Shown here: in pieces, positions 48,621-61,695 of the stretch | Layout: every line of letters begins with the position of its first letter | Numbering within the stretch: the first letter of the stretch is position 1 | Assembly (NCBI RefSeq): GCF_002113885.1 | Contig: NW_018406583.1 | Span: 873,478-937,477 of the forward strand | DNA: 64,000 nt | Source of the DNA: Mizuhopecten yessoensis | Lineage: Eukaryota | Reading direction: 5' to 3' | Position numbers and translations under genes: made by a program | Notes under the pieces: generated by a model | Told to the model about the DNA's origin: nothing | What the model saw: the letters and a program-made list of their open reading frames with translations, nothing else | Database searches by the model: none

Positions 48621-50819
48621 GTCGGTTTTATATGTATATATATATATACATCTCGTAAACGTTTCAGAGATTACCATAAGAATATGATGGAAATATCAAT
48701 AGGTTTTTTTTGTATCAGGGTCATTTGTAAAATAAAGCAACGCTAAATCAGTTCCATATGCTTGACCATTTTACCGTATCTCAAAAGGCGGAATCAAATC
48801 TATATATATATATATATATATTATAGATGAACGCCGCTGCAGACAATAGTGTTTCAAGATGCTAATATCTTGTACACGGACACTTATATTAAATAATATA
48901 ATACATATAACATGCAATATAATATATAGTAAAATACAAAAAAAATATCAACACAATATGTTATACAATACAAATTCCATAAACATTGCCGTTTTGCCGC
49001 AATGTTGACGGATTTTTTGCATTTTTTGTTTACATGTTCAGAAAAAAAAAATGTTTAATAACGTTTTCTTAAATGTAAATCCTCATCTTACAAACCAAGG
49101 ACTTTGATCCAATAAACATGGCCATACCCTTCTGTACACAGTTGTACAGCGCCGAGTACTGAATCCCTGTATCGTGTTCCTTCCTCAAACAAACAGTTTA
49201 AGAAATCAGACCCGCGTCAATTCAGCTCAACAACAAATCGCTTTGAAACAAACACGAAACACAAATATTAACACATCAAAACTAATTGAAAATACTGATC
49301 AGCTGAGAGCATTTACAGTCCTTAAAAAATATTACCACGTGTGTTTAACTTTATAATCTCCTAACATGTTTTACTTACCGGTTTTTATGCTTCGTGACGA
49401 TGTCCCCTAATTCATTAACGTATAGTTGACAAGCGGTCTGGGCATGTATCTACAAAGTATTCTAATGTACATACATTCCCTGGGTTGTTCCGTCCGCTCA
49501 CAGATCCTTGTTCAGATTAGTAGGAAGATAAGTGATTAAGATACGTTATATTTATATTTACATCAAAACAATTTAAATTTATCTCCCAACTGATCTCAAC
49601 AAGACACTGTAATCCGCTGATGATCCACGACCCAGGGTATTGTTACTATAGCCCGATCGTTGGCCGATATTGTATATATATATATATCTGAGTCCCGTTA
49701 CACAGTATCAATACATGTACAATGGTAGTCCGCCATTACACGAAATAAACTATATTTGTAAATCATTCATGCGCGTCATAACTTTGTTTTTCTAATTAGA
49801 TGTTTAAATGTTTTTATTAGGCAAAGATGGTGCATTAAGAGAATTCTTGGCGTCTTCCATCTAAGCATAGACCTAAATTTACTTTAGGTCTCTGATCTAA
49901 GTAATGTGTCAGGATTTTATTTTCTCTAAAAATCGTTTATTTTCAGTAACATTTTGATATTTCAAAAAGAAATCAGAATAATCTCGATTGTACTTATAGG
50001 CTTATTGTGTGATGTTTCTATGCTAACTCTTACTGTAGTTCTACTTTACTCCGAATCATTTGACGGTGGTGTTATGATCAAGGATGTACTTCTCTGTGGT
50101 TTAAATCATGTTCAAATCTCGTTTTTATCTAATGTAACATGTTTTTTTTTATAGAATGTAACAAATTATGATCGATTTCAGTCAAACATACATCTGAAAA
50201 GTGTGACAAAAACTCTGTATATACCCATTGATTGTTTCTTTTACAAGCTTTTTTAAACCGAAAAAAATGACCAAACGGTATGTTTTTTGAACTCTAAGAA
50301 ATGCTGGAAGTTCATATCCTAACTTAGATTTATCACTATTCGTGTCATTCTATGGCACTTTTAATAAAAGCTAACTGTTGTTGTGCAAGTTTTGAATATT
50401 CAATATCAAATATAAACTTTCTTTATTTTTCAACAATGGGAACTGTGGTATTCTATTACTTATTACTTTAACCGAAGCTCTTTTGATTTTGAACTAGCAA
50501 CAGGTGAAAATTAACACCGTACAACTGAATAATATTGCAAACACAGAAGCACTCTGACCCCAATTTTTTGGCTGTTTTTGGAAAAGAAAGACTTGTTTAT
50601 CCATTGAATGTTAAAAAAAGATTTAATTGCGGAACTTTTATATTCATCCTTACATCTGCAGAAAAAAAGAAATAATGAGTTTTCTACGTAAAAATGATTG
50701 GTAATAAATATGTTGGTAACCAAAATTGCCCTTGTGATATAAAAGTATAAGTTTAAGAAATTATTTTTAGAAAGTTTATTATGTGGATTTTATTACATAG
50801 ATCTATTACACGTGTTTAG

Positions 50820-50940
50820 GACCTCATATTTCCCGCGCGATGGAAGTCTAAAAAGAATGAAAATATCCGAGAGGTCCGAAAGAAGACTTCCTTTCGATGT
50901 TCACTTCCGGTAACATTTCCGATGATGCAGACAGGTTTGT
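50820..50940 (+). promoter_or_regulatory. Candidate promoter / non-coding first exon of the IQ gene
   Basis: Locally CpG-rich; ttcccgcgcg (E2F-like) and cacttccggt (ETS-like) motifs; possible donor acag|gtttgt at 50935. Confidence 0.4.
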
Positions 50941-51817
50941 TGACATATCGAATATCGATAATTTAACACAACACAAATGTGCGAAACGTTGATACACACA
51001 TCAATCAATCTATTGTTCGTTCCTCCATCGAGAGCACACGTGGTCTTTAGGAAAGTTGTGCATTGTCTCGCGTGTAAGGTGAAAATCTAGCCATCTGTCG
51101 GTCGGACTGGCCCACGGCGATCACTGTAACAATTTCACCTGTAAGACCATTGGAATTTTAATGATGCATAATAAATTCCTCTTCAGTCGCTCTTGTGTAT
51201 GGACTCCTTCAGTGTTTACTGAACTACTTGGATCCGTATAAATTTACTGTTCTGTACTGTATTCATTATTTTGTTTTGGCTCTAACTCGATGTGATGGAA
51301 TTTTTGACTAAGCTATACACTCAACTCTTTAGTAAATTCCGATGTATTTTGCCAAAATGGCCAGTTTTATTTATATTGCTTATCAAATACAGTCCATACA
51401 GAAAATGAGATGCTTGGTAACACTTTGTCTCAGTTTCTTTTGGCCCCCAACACCATACGTTTAGCAAGAGACATATTATACGTCTCCGGTTTAGCCATTT
51501 TGATGGATACAGAATGATATAGTTTAGGAGTCAGACTCAATCTGATGTTATCATGTATGGTGACCAAATTTAGAGGAAATTGGGTCCAGACAGGGATAAT
51601 TTTCTTTCATGTTTGAAATGTGCTTTGAATGACGATAATAATACACTTTTGTTACAATGATGAAAAAGTTGATAAATGTACACAACTGTAAACATGATTT
51701 AAAAATACGTTTATTAGACATTTATTGAATATTTTAATTATTACTTTACAGGTGAACCTACATGTAGATGTCTGTTGGTGTAGATGTTTTGATTGGAAGA
51801 TTAAGGTGAACGTCACC

Positions 51818-51958
51818 ATGGAAACAGCAGGAGAGGATTTAGAGTCGGCTAGGGCTGGTTACCCTAAGCTACAGACAGAGAGTGATGTTCAACTCCACCA
51901 GCCAGATCTGGAACAGTTGAAACATGACAGATTTGAACGCAACAGACATGTCATGGAG
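51818..51958 (+). CDS. IQ-motif protein, first coding exon (METAGEDLESARAGYPKLQTESDVQLHQPDLEQLKHDRFERNRHVME)
   Basis: Acceptor tactttacag ends at 51751; Kozak-like caccATGg at 51818; ends GAG|gcaagt (GC donor), phase 0. Confidence 0.72.
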
Positions 51959-52019
51959 GCAAGTTAAAAGAAATTTTTAAGCAACCTGCATTAATTATTT
52001 TAATTTGCAAATGTTCATT

Positions 52020-52430
52020 TCATGGTAGAAGTATTATTTCTCTTACCCTGGACAGGTGTATTCATAATTTTACCGGTGTGTGATATTATCCTTATCTAAC
52101 CTAGGGTTGAGACGGGGGGATTCCCCTATTCATAACACTGGTATGAAATCATGTCAACAATACAATGACGTCACCTCAACAATCCATCAGCGTCACGTCA
52201 ACCCTGAATTTAGCCTGTAACGCTAACATTAAATTATGTATGTGATACACAATTGGTGAACAGGGTGAGAGAAAAAGTATCATTCTCCCCTTTGAGGGTT
52301 AGATAGGGGAATCTCAACCCTCGGGGAAAGATTCTTAAGTTGCGAAACACTCGGCAAAGCCTCATGTTTGGCAACTTAAGAATCTTCCCCCTCGGGTTGA
52401 GTTTCCCCTATCTCAGAAGGATTCTATTAC
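52020..52430. mobile_element. Palindromic non-autonomous element in an IQ-gene intron
   Basis: gataggggaatctcaaccctcggggaaagattcttaagttg...caacttaagaatcttccccctcgggttgagtttcccctatc. Confidence 0.7.
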
Positions 52431-52839
52431 TCTCTTTCATAATGAAGGCAACCTTTCAAGTTTCAAGGGAACATTGAACTTTTCGCATATCTTTCAGGAT
52501 GAGAATAAAGTGCTGTCAAAATATAACCTCTGTGATATACAATGTATAAGGACACATTTAAAAAAATCTTATTTTCCCGCTGAACCTGACCTACCCTAGA
52601 TTTAAGTGCCTACCCTAGAATTGCTCTACCTAAGCATAGTAACATAGAAAAAATGCCTTCCAACCTACCCAATTTTTTCTGAGGATCTTAGCAAATTTTG
52701 GCCATAGTAGATATTTGAGGTGGCAGGTGCTCATGGAAAATTGTTGATGCTAAAAAAAGGAAATACATACATGTATTTCATGTACTGATTTAAATACCAT
52801 ACAAATCAATTACAATTTACATTTTGATTTACATTGCAG

Positions 52840-52878
52840 ACACTTGACAAGAGGGCTGCCAAAGCAGCATTTCCACAG
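52840..52878 (+). CDS. IQ-motif protein, 39-nt coding exon (TLDKRAAKAAFPQ)
   Basis: ttttgatttacattgcag| ... CAG|gtaggc; phase 0/0, open frame. Confidence 0.65.
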
Positions 52879-52929
52879 GTAGGCCAACTTAACATGGTAG
52901 GGTGTAAACTTCAGTGTCAAATCAATGAA

Positions 52930-53362
52930 CAGGGTTCATGCAGGCCTTGAAAATTAGAGCTGAAACACAAAGGGTTAGCCATGAAAACCCCTAAAATTGC
53001 CCTAAAAGCCCTAGAAATAACTTAAAAGGATCAGAATGAGCCTTAAATTTGACCAAATGATCATTAAACTTTGATTGTATATTAATTTTGGTGGTTTTGT
53101 GGTGTTAATTGCATAAAAGTGAATTAAGAAAATGCAAGAAATAAAATATTTGTTATGAATGAATTTCTTTATTTTCGAATTACGAACCAATGTTAGATTT
53201 CAGGGTTGTTAGAATTGATATGGTTTTAGACACATTCAGGTTTCACATCCAGATCTCTCTATTAGGAGAATCTTCAAATAGCAAGAGATGTTAGGCCTTA
53301 ATTTACTGAAAAAGGCCTTAAAAAGTCTTGAATTTTATAATAAGATTCCTTTATGAACCCTG
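52930..53362. mobile_element. MITE with CAGGGTTCAT TIRs
   Basis: cagggttcat at 52930 and atgaaccctg ending at 53362; internal gccttgaaa/gccctaaaa repeats. Confidence 0.65.
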
Positions 53363-53938
53363 ATGAGGTACAAAATTCCATCCTCTATACAAAAAAATCT
53401 CAAAATGTGGTAAATGTTGCAAGCTGTTGAGGTCTAAAAAAGGAAACAGTGTGCTTTTGGTTTCCCTAGCTAACCTTATTTTAATGATTAACAAATACTA
53501 TGTTTACCTATTTGACAAAAGGGTAAAGTGCAGTATTGTAAGCTATTTTATCTGAAAAAAATAGTCAAATTGAAAAAAGTTGTAGAGATGTGGGGAATTG
53601 CCGATTTATGGAGTGGAAAATGAATATGACAGAACTCTCTTGATATTAGGGAGAGGAGGCTGGTACTACCTTGCCAATGTACGTGAATGTTCTAGGCCAA
53701 ATAGTTCATAACTCAAGACCATTTTTAATCATTTGTACTTGTAACATGTTCTGTATTCGGTTCTCTATTATGTTTGTAACAGCTTCATACAATTAAAAAG
53801 GAGATAACATTTGTGAAGATTACTGGTAATTTCTTTAACATTAAAAAACGAAAAGGATGGACAGTAAATAATTTCTTAATGAAACAGGTACCGTAGTTTG
53901 ATGATATTTGTTTCTGAATGTACATAATCTTCCACCAG

Positions 53939-54049
53939 GTGTCACCACTAGACAAGTACGAGCAAGCTGCGCTGTGTATACAGAGGAATTACCGTGGCTA
54001 CATCGGCAGGAAACTCTATACAGACTTTCTCTACGACAAGTATGCCAAG
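53939..54049 (+). CDS. IQ-motif protein, exon carrying the IQ calmodulin-binding motif (VSPLDKYEQAALCIQRNYRGYIGRKLYTDFLYDKYAK)
   Basis: cttccaccag| ... AAG|gtagag; 111 nt, phase 0/0. AALCIQRNYRGYIGRK matches IQxxxRGxxxR. Confidence 0.85.
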
Positions 54050-54084
54050 GTAGAGTACATATAATAATGATAATTTGAGGTTCT

Positions 54085-54411
54085 TATATACCGCTTTATC
54101 ACAACCTTTTTCGTAGGTCGTCTCAAAGCGGTTTGACAAATTATTATCCAAGGTTATGGGGCCTTTGCAACCAGCAAATATTGTTCTCAACTCCCTGGGG
54201 AGCATACAGCCAGTGTTGCCATTTCGGCGCTCACAGCTTGCATTCAACAATTCTAGCACTGCTCAACCACATACTCATTTACAGCTGAGTAGACTGGAAT
54301 AAGCAGAGTAAAGTATCTAGCTCAAAGATACAACACAGTGCTGTGACGTGACTCAAACCCGCAACCCTTCAGTCAAGAGCCCGGCGTCCTACCACTAGAC
54401 TAACTTGCCTC
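54085..54411 (-). mobile_element. tRNA-derived SINE (second family) just downstream of the IQ exon
   Basis: Reverse strand begins gaggcaagttagtctagtggtaggacgccgggctcttgactgaagggttgcgggtttgagtc (tRNA-like), then gtgttgtatctttgagctagatacttt (conserved SINE core-like) and a LINE-like tail aaaccgctttgag...gcggtatataa. Confidence 0.8.
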
Positions 54412-55214
54412 TGTATATATCAAATCAAATCTTATTTCATGGCTTTGTTTAAAAAGTCAACAGTTTTCGCTGCACATAGGTATGATATCTTCCTCTCGTG
54501 TTATATTCCTCTCCTATGCCCTTGGACATGATCATGACAGCAAAATCAATCTGGGTTACAAATTTGACAAAAAGTGTACAATTTCATATTTAGAGCACTG
54601 TAGCTTGCTGGCTGATTTTGAAATATTCTACTAGCTTGTTCTAAATTTGGTAATAAAAAATTCAAACTTGTACAAGCCTTAACATAATTATTATGTACTG
54701 TCCCTTGGCATCAGGCAAGTGTAATTGTGCACCTTGGAGCTAAAAGTCAGGAAATCATAAACATATCTGCCTATGGCATTAATTTCATTGCTGAAAACGG
54801 CAGGTTTATTTTCACTTAACTTTTAAGAATCATGTTTCACATGTATTCATCACTTTAACCTGTCTGACAGCAATTTAAGTAAAAAAAAAAAAGCATCATT
54901 TTAATTTTATTGTATTATGCTAGGGAAACCACTTATGTGATTCTTGTCAAACATTCTCTAAATCTTATTTCACAAAGGGAGATAAACTGTCTGTACTTAT
55001 AAATGACGCGAAGTGATTTCCCAGTGTTGGTTGAGATAGTCCCAATAAAAGCTGGATTTCTGCTAGGTATACATTCTATTCCTCGGGGCAAGAATATCAT
55101 TTGGCCAAATGTGATCTATATCTTAGCTAAATATATTTCTGACTGTCCTTGGTCTGAGAAATCAGCAAGACTTTACATGACTTTTCGTATTTACAGTTAA
55201 TAAAAATCGGAACA

Positions 55215-55305
55215 TTAACCCTTTCACCTCTAGGTAACTTGAGTAGACTCTACCATACATTCATCTGGATGAGTCCATTATGGTCTACAGTGGTAAAAGG
55301 GTTGA
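55215..55305. mobile_element. ~90-bp piggyBac-like mini-element (TTAA-CCCT ends)
   Basis: ttaaccctttcacc...ggtaaaagggttga. Confidence 0.7.
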
Positions 55306-55666
55306 TACAAAAATTTCTTTAACAGTTAAATGTTGAGTGTTAACCATCTCACTGGTGACCAGTATGCTGGGGGTCAAGGTTCAAATGTGACCAATGCTTG
55401 CCTATAATATAGAGACCATATAAAATTGGGTCTAAGTAATGTAAATGTTCAGTAATCAACAGGGGGAAAATCCAACTCTCCTAATAAAGGGAAAGGCGGT
55501 ATTGTTCTAGGTTGATCCGTAAAACAGATTCTGTAGAGTTCCTTACTAATAAAACATATGGACGCATGGAGGAATTAGGTGTTGATATTCCTTCATCCGT
55601 TCATAACTATGTTCAACCCGTTTTCATGCGTAAGAAACTTTATGATATAATCTAGAAATGTCAAAG

Positions 55667-55757
55667 TTAACCCTTTCACCACTGTAGACCAAAATGGACT
55701 CATCCAGATCAATGCATGGTAGAGTCTACTAAAGTTACAAAGGGGTGAAAGGGTTAA
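55667..55757. mobile_element. Second copy of the piggyBac-like mini-element, inverted
   Basis: ttaaccctttcacc...ggtgaaagggttaa; the interior is the reverse complement of 55215-55305. Confidence 0.75.
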
Positions 55758-56140
55758 ATGATTTCTCATTCCATTGACCCTTTTTGACAGAAAGAATATC
55801 ACAGAATTTCATAATTAAAGCTGTTCTTGGCAGTGAAGTGAATTAATTCAACTTTAGCAAAACCAAGATATGAGTAACAAATTCTGATGATTTCAAAAGG
55901 AAATATGAATGGTGGTGGGTTTGATAGTTCTTTAGTTCCTCTGTATAATAATTGAAAATTTTCTAATTTCAGTTTAATTTCCTAGTTTTGGGTAAGGATA
56001 GCAAAAATTAAGAGCTACGAAAATATGTGACTGTGCTGTTTGTTTTAAGTATTTAATGAATTTTGATGAATTGTTACTGTGCACTTTCAAAGGTAACCTA
56101 ATAAGTGTATATGTTAAACAAGAGACATTTGCATTTTCAG

Positions 56141-56205
56141 GAAGAGCAGGCGCGCTTGGAAAAGATGCTAGCCCAGTATGAAGAGGGGGAACTGTTAGTA
56201 GAAAA
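56141..56205 (+). CDS. IQ-motif protein, next exon (EEQARLEKMLAQYEEGELLVE, phase-2 end); no further exon identified in the window
   Basis: tttgcattttcag| ... AA|gtaagt; coiled-coil-like translation in phase with the previous exon. Confidence 0.75.
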
Positions 56206-56251
56206 GTAAGTGGCTTCAAATCTAATGTGTGTAATCAGTTTCTTGGTGAAA

Positions 56252-59200
56252 TTGTGATGGTTTTCCATCTACAGTAGTAGAGGGTGTGATGGTCCTCCAT
56301 CTACAGTACTAGAGGTTGTGATGGTCTCCCATCTACAGTAGTAGAGGTTGTGATGGTCCCCCATCCACAATAGTAGAGGTTGTGATGGTCATCCATCGAC
56401 AGTAGTAGAGGTTGTGATGGTCCCCCATCTACAGTAGTAGAGGTTGTGATGGTCATCCATCCACAGTACTAGAGGTTGTGATGGTCATCCATCTACAGCA
56501 CTAGAGGTTGTGATGGTCCCCCATCTACAGTACTAGAGGTTGTGATGGTCCCCCTTCTACAGTAGTAGAGGTTGTGATGGTCCTCCATCTACAATAGTAG
56601 GGGTTGTGATGGTCATCCATCGACAGTACTAGAGGTTGTGATGGTCATCCATCTACAGTAGAAGAGGTTGTGATGGTCCTCCATCTACAGTAGTAGAGGT
56701 TGTGATGGTCATCCATATACAGTACTAGAGGTTGTGATGGTCCTCCATCTACAGGACTAGAGGTTTTGATGGTCCTCCATCTACAGTACTGGAGGTTGTG
56801 ATGGTCATCCATCTACAGTAATAGTAGAGGTTGTGATGGTCATCCATCGACAGTACCAGAGGTTGTGATGGTCATCCATCTACAGTATTAGAGGTTGTGA
56901 TGGTCATCCATCTACAGTACAAGTGAAGAGGGGGAACTGTTAGTAGAAAAGTAAGTGGCTTGAAATCTAATGTGTGTAATCAGTTTCTTGGTGAAATTGT
57001 GATGGTTTTCCATCTACAGTACTAGAGGTTGTGATGGTCATCCCTATACAGTACTAGAGGTTGTGATGGTCCTCCATCTAATGTACTAGAGGTTGTGATG
57101 GTCATCTATCTACAGTACTAGAGGTTGTGAGGATCATCCATCTACAGTACTAGAGGTTGTGATGGTACTCCATCTACAGTACTAGAGGTTTTGATGGTCC
57201 TCCATCTACAGTACTGGAGGTTGTGATGGTCATCCATCTACAGTATTAGAGGTTGTGATGGTCATCCATCTACAGTATTAGAGGTTGTGATGGTCCTCCA
57301 TCTACAGCACTAGAGGTTGTGATGGTCCCCCATCTACAGTAGTAGAGGTTGTGATGGTCCCCCATCCACAATAGTAGAGGTTGTGATGGTCATCCATCGA
57401 CAGTAGTAGAGGTTGTGATGGTCCCCCATCTACAGTAGTAGAGGTTGTGATGGTCCCCCATCTACAATAGTAGAGGTTGTGATGGTCATCCATCGACAGT
57501 ACTAGAGGTTGTGATGGTCATCCATCTACAGTACTAGAGGTTGTGATGGTCCTCCATCTACAGTACTAGAGGTTGTGATGGTCATCCCTATACAGTACTA
57601 GAGGTTGTGATGGTCCTCCATCTACAGTATTAGAGGTTGTGATGGTCATCCATCTACAGCACTAGAGGTTGTGATGGTCATCCATCTACAGTAGTAGAGG
57701 TTGTGATGGTCCCCCATCTACAGTAGTAGAGGTTGTGATGGTCATCCATCTACAGTACTAGAGGTTGTGATGGTCCCCCATCTACAGTAGTAGAGGTTGT
57801 GATGGTCATCCATCTACAGTACTAGAGGTTGTGATGGTCCTCCATCTACAGTACTAGAGGTTGTGATGGTCATCCATCTACAGTACTAGAGGTTGTGATG
57901 GTCCTCCATCTACAGTACTAGAGGTTGTGATGGTCATCCATCTACAGTACTAGAGGTTGTGATGGTCCTCCATCTACAGTACTAGAGGTTGTGATGGTCA
58001 TCCATCTACAGTACTAGAGGTTGTGATGGTCCTCCATCTACAGTACTAGAGGTTGTGATGGTCATCCATCTACAGTACTAGAGGTTGTGATGGTCCTCCA
58101 TCTACAGTACTAGAGGTTGTGATGGTCATCCATCTACAGTACTAGAGGTTGTGATGGTCCTCCATCTACAGTACTAGAGGTTGTGATGGTCATCCATCTA
58201 CAGTACTAGAGGTTGTGATGGTCCTCCATCTACAGTACTAGAGGTTGTGATGGTCATCCATCTACAGTACTAGAGGTTGTGATGGTCCTCCATCTACAGT
58301 ACTAGAGGTTGTGATGGTCATCCATCTACAGTACTAGAGGTTGTGATGGTCCTCCATCTACAGTACTAGAGGTTGTGATGGTCATCCATCTACAGTACTA
58401 GAGGTTGTGATGGTCCTCCATCTACAGTACTAGAGGTTGTGATGGTCATCCATCTACAGTACTAGAGGTTGTGATGGTCCTCCATCTACAGTACTAGAGG
58501 TTGTGATGGTCATCCATCTACAGTACTAGAGGTTGTGATGGTCCTCCATCTACAGTACTAGAGGTTGTGATGGTCATCCATCTACAGTACTAGAGGTTGT
58601 GATGGTCCTCCATCTACAGTACTAGAGGTTGTGATGGTCATCCATCTACAGTACTAGAGGTTGTGATGGTCCTCCATCTACAGTACTAGAGGTTGTGATG
58701 GTCATCCATCTACAGTACTAGAGGTTGTGATGGTCCTCCATCTACAGTACTAGAGGTTGTGATGGTCATCCATCTACAGTACTAGAGGTTGTGATGGTCC
58801 TCCATCTACAGTACTAGAGGTTGTGATGGTCATCCATCTACAGTACTAGAGGTTGTGATGGTCCTCCATCTACAGTACTAGAGGTTGTGATGGTCATCCA
58901 TCTACAGTACTAGAGGTTGTGATGGTCCTCCATCTACAGTACTAGAGGTTGTGATGGTCATCCATCTACAGTACTAGAGGTTGTGATGGTCCTCCATCTA
59001 CAGTACTAGAGGTTGTGATGGTCATCCATCTACAGTACTAGAGGTTGTGATGGTCCTCCATCTACAGTACTAGAGGTTGTGATGGTCATCCATCTACAGT
59101 ACTAGAGGTTGTGATGGTCCTCCATCTACAGTACTAGAGGTTGTGATGGTCATCCATCTACAGTACTAGAGGTTGTGATGGTCCTCCATCTACAGTACTA

Positions 59201-59503
59201 GAGGTTGTGATGGTCATCCATCTACAGTAGTAGAGGTTGTGATGGTCCTCCATCTACAGTACTAGAGGTTGTGATGGTCATCCATCTACAGTACTAGAGG
59301 TTGTGATGGTCATCCATCTACAGTAGTAGAGGTTGTGATAGTCCCCCATCTACAGTAGTAGAGGTTGTGATAGTCATCCATCTACAGGACTAGAGGTTGT
59401 GATGGTCCTCCATCTACAGTACTAGAGGTTGTGATGGTCATCCATCTACAGTACTAGAGGTTGTGATGGCCATCCATCTGCAGTAGTAGATGATGTGATG
59501 ATC
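56252..59503. repeat. 32-bp minisatellite, ~100 units, intronic
   Basis: Unit ctacagtactagaggttgtgatggtc(a/c)tccat; interrupted at ~56922-57000 by a copy of upstream unique sequence. Confidence 0.97.
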
Positions 59504-59999
59504 CTCTTTCATTGTGTTGTATGGACTTTTAGGACACTTGCCACAAGGTCAATTCAAGGTCAGTTCAAGGTCCTATTCCTGCTGTGACATGTCCTGTTAC
59601 TTGTGTTATATCACTTTAAAAAAGTCATTTCTTAAAGTAAGTAAAGTAAGAACTAAAGGAGTTGAGGACAACATATATTATGGAATGTTCTCTTTTTTCC
59701 CCCCTGCAAGCGTAATTCACGCTTGTAGCCGCCATCTTACCTTCTGCCACTGATAGTGGCAGATATGACCTCACTCAAGAGATTAAAAGTCCATCATTTT
59801 TCTTGATACAATACAATACATCACTACCCAAAATTCCTACGACTTGTTTCTGGTAGATTCCAAGATGGAAGTTACATACCACAAGGTTTATTACTTTTTC
59901 ACAGATACAATATTACTAATTTTTTAGACGATATTACTCAGGTAAAAAAACTGTAATGACTACGGTTAAATCATCTTTAAAAAGTATCGGGGGTAATAT

Positions 60000-60270
60000 A
60001 CGCATCTTTACTTACCATGGCAGAGGTCTCTAGGTTCACACTCCGTCCATCTGCCTATACATTCCAATTTTTCAAGGACACATCTCATAACCGGTACTCT
60101 GTCACCTGCAGTTGCCAACTTTTGTATGTAAATAGCTGTTAAGATGGGGGAATGTCACGTACAGAAAACTGCTCTTGTACCCAACTTGATACAGAGTTAT
60201 GGCCCTTCGTTCGAGTGAGATACCCAAGTTTGGCTGGAGCTTTGGAGTGCTTGCAATACTTTTCCTCGTT
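60000..60270 (+). mobile_element. Degenerate HINE-like element
   Basis: ccgtccatctg microsatellite remnant, cagagttatggcccttcgtt core motif, terminal stem-loop-like end. Confidence 0.45.
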
Positions 60271-60985
60271 TATAGATACAGTATTAGAATTGGAATGTTA
60301 AGACACCACAGATAATAGATCTATGTGATACAGATTTCTTATAGTGCTACCAAAATGTTTTTATGGTGATTGTCTATGGGTCTACCTGTTAAGTTTAAAC
60401 TCTGTATTTAGATGATAATATCTAAAAAAATAATCTCTTGAACGATTATTTTTATCATGAGCCAGAAATGGTCTGTCAACGCTTGGTACTAAACAGCTGT
60501 GCTCGACACTCATTTGTACATTTATTCTTGACTTGTAGAGAGATTGATATGTGATGCACTGTTGTTTGACATGATTCGTATGAACTGTTAGTTTTGATTG
60601 GACAGTATTGATGGGCAATTGGTTTAAAATCTTAATTGGTAATCAGTTTGTAATCGATTCTAATCTATCATCAGCCCAACACTTTTGGACAGTTGGATCA
60701 CCATGTACAATCTGCAATAGAACCATGGAGATCGTCTGCTGGATAACCACACTTCTCTTTTAGTGAAGTAGAGGTTAAACAAATCAATCAATCAATCAAT
60801 CAGTTATGGTTTGATGGTGATAAGCCTGACCTACCCCACTTAAGCCACGCCCTGTTTCTAAATATAACAATATGACAGTGCTGGTATAAGTATATAGCAT
60901 AATAGGCTGGTTATTTTAATTGAATTAATAAATAATAATAACAATAGTATACAACCTTTGATATAGTGCCCTATCTAGCTAGAAT

Positions 60986-61695
60986 TTGTATCTGTATCTG
61001 TATAGGTACGTTGAAAAACCACTTCTGGCATATAATCAACGGAAGGGGAGAACGCATGGAGGTTTTTAGTCCGAATGGAGACGAGATTTAAAAATCTCCA
61101 TAGATTTTACAAGGACTTGTTTGCCCTGAAGATGGTTCCAGTCTATTATAGTCCTGGGGAAGTAAGAGTTGCTGAGTGTTTCTGTTTTCGCAGCAATACT
61201 TTGAAAACAGCGGCTATTGTTTGTTACACTATTTTCAACGACAATTGTTGAGATGAAGTTGTTAAAATGCCTTGCTGTCACTTTGCGTTTAACCCTCAAT
61301 GGTTTTAGATAGGGCTGAGACGGTATAGCTGGTACCAACCACTCCACCACCTTAAACAGGAAGGTCAGACGTAGCTCCTTTCTGCGTTGTTATAATGTTT
61401 GCAGGTCCAAGTCCCTGAGCATGTTGGTGACGCATCCAGGGATTCTTGTTCTGTGGTCGCGCGAGATAAATCGAGCAGCCTTCCTTTGAATCCTGACCAG
61501 CTTGTCAATATCCGACTGTAGGAATGGGTCCCATATGATGGCTCCATATTCCAGTGTTGATCTGACAAGCGAGATGTAGGCCGATTTCCGTGTTTTGGCT
61601 TGACAGTGGTAGAGGTTCCGCCTAATAAAGCCTAGGGTAGAACTAGCTCTTTTACAGATATTGTCGATGTGGGTTCCCCATCGGAGATCAGACAC
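60986..61695 (-). mobile_element. 5'-truncated CR1/L2-clade LINE (ORF2 C-terminus, disrupted) with (TACAGA)n tail
   Basis: LRWGTHIDNICKRASSTLGFIRRNL...AYISLVRSTLEYGAIIWDP...IQRKAARFI and NSYFPRTIIDWNHL...FKSRL; tail atctgtatctgta at ~60990-61002. Confidence 0.9.

Noticed and set aside
56252-59503. CRISPR array (32-bp period); also considered for the 30- and 65-bp arrays
   Set aside because: Units are head-to-tail with no unique spacers, there are no cas genes, and the context is eukaryotic.
60715-60775. Next exon of the IQ gene
   Set aside because: In the required phase 2 the frame hits a TAG, and the splice signals are weak.
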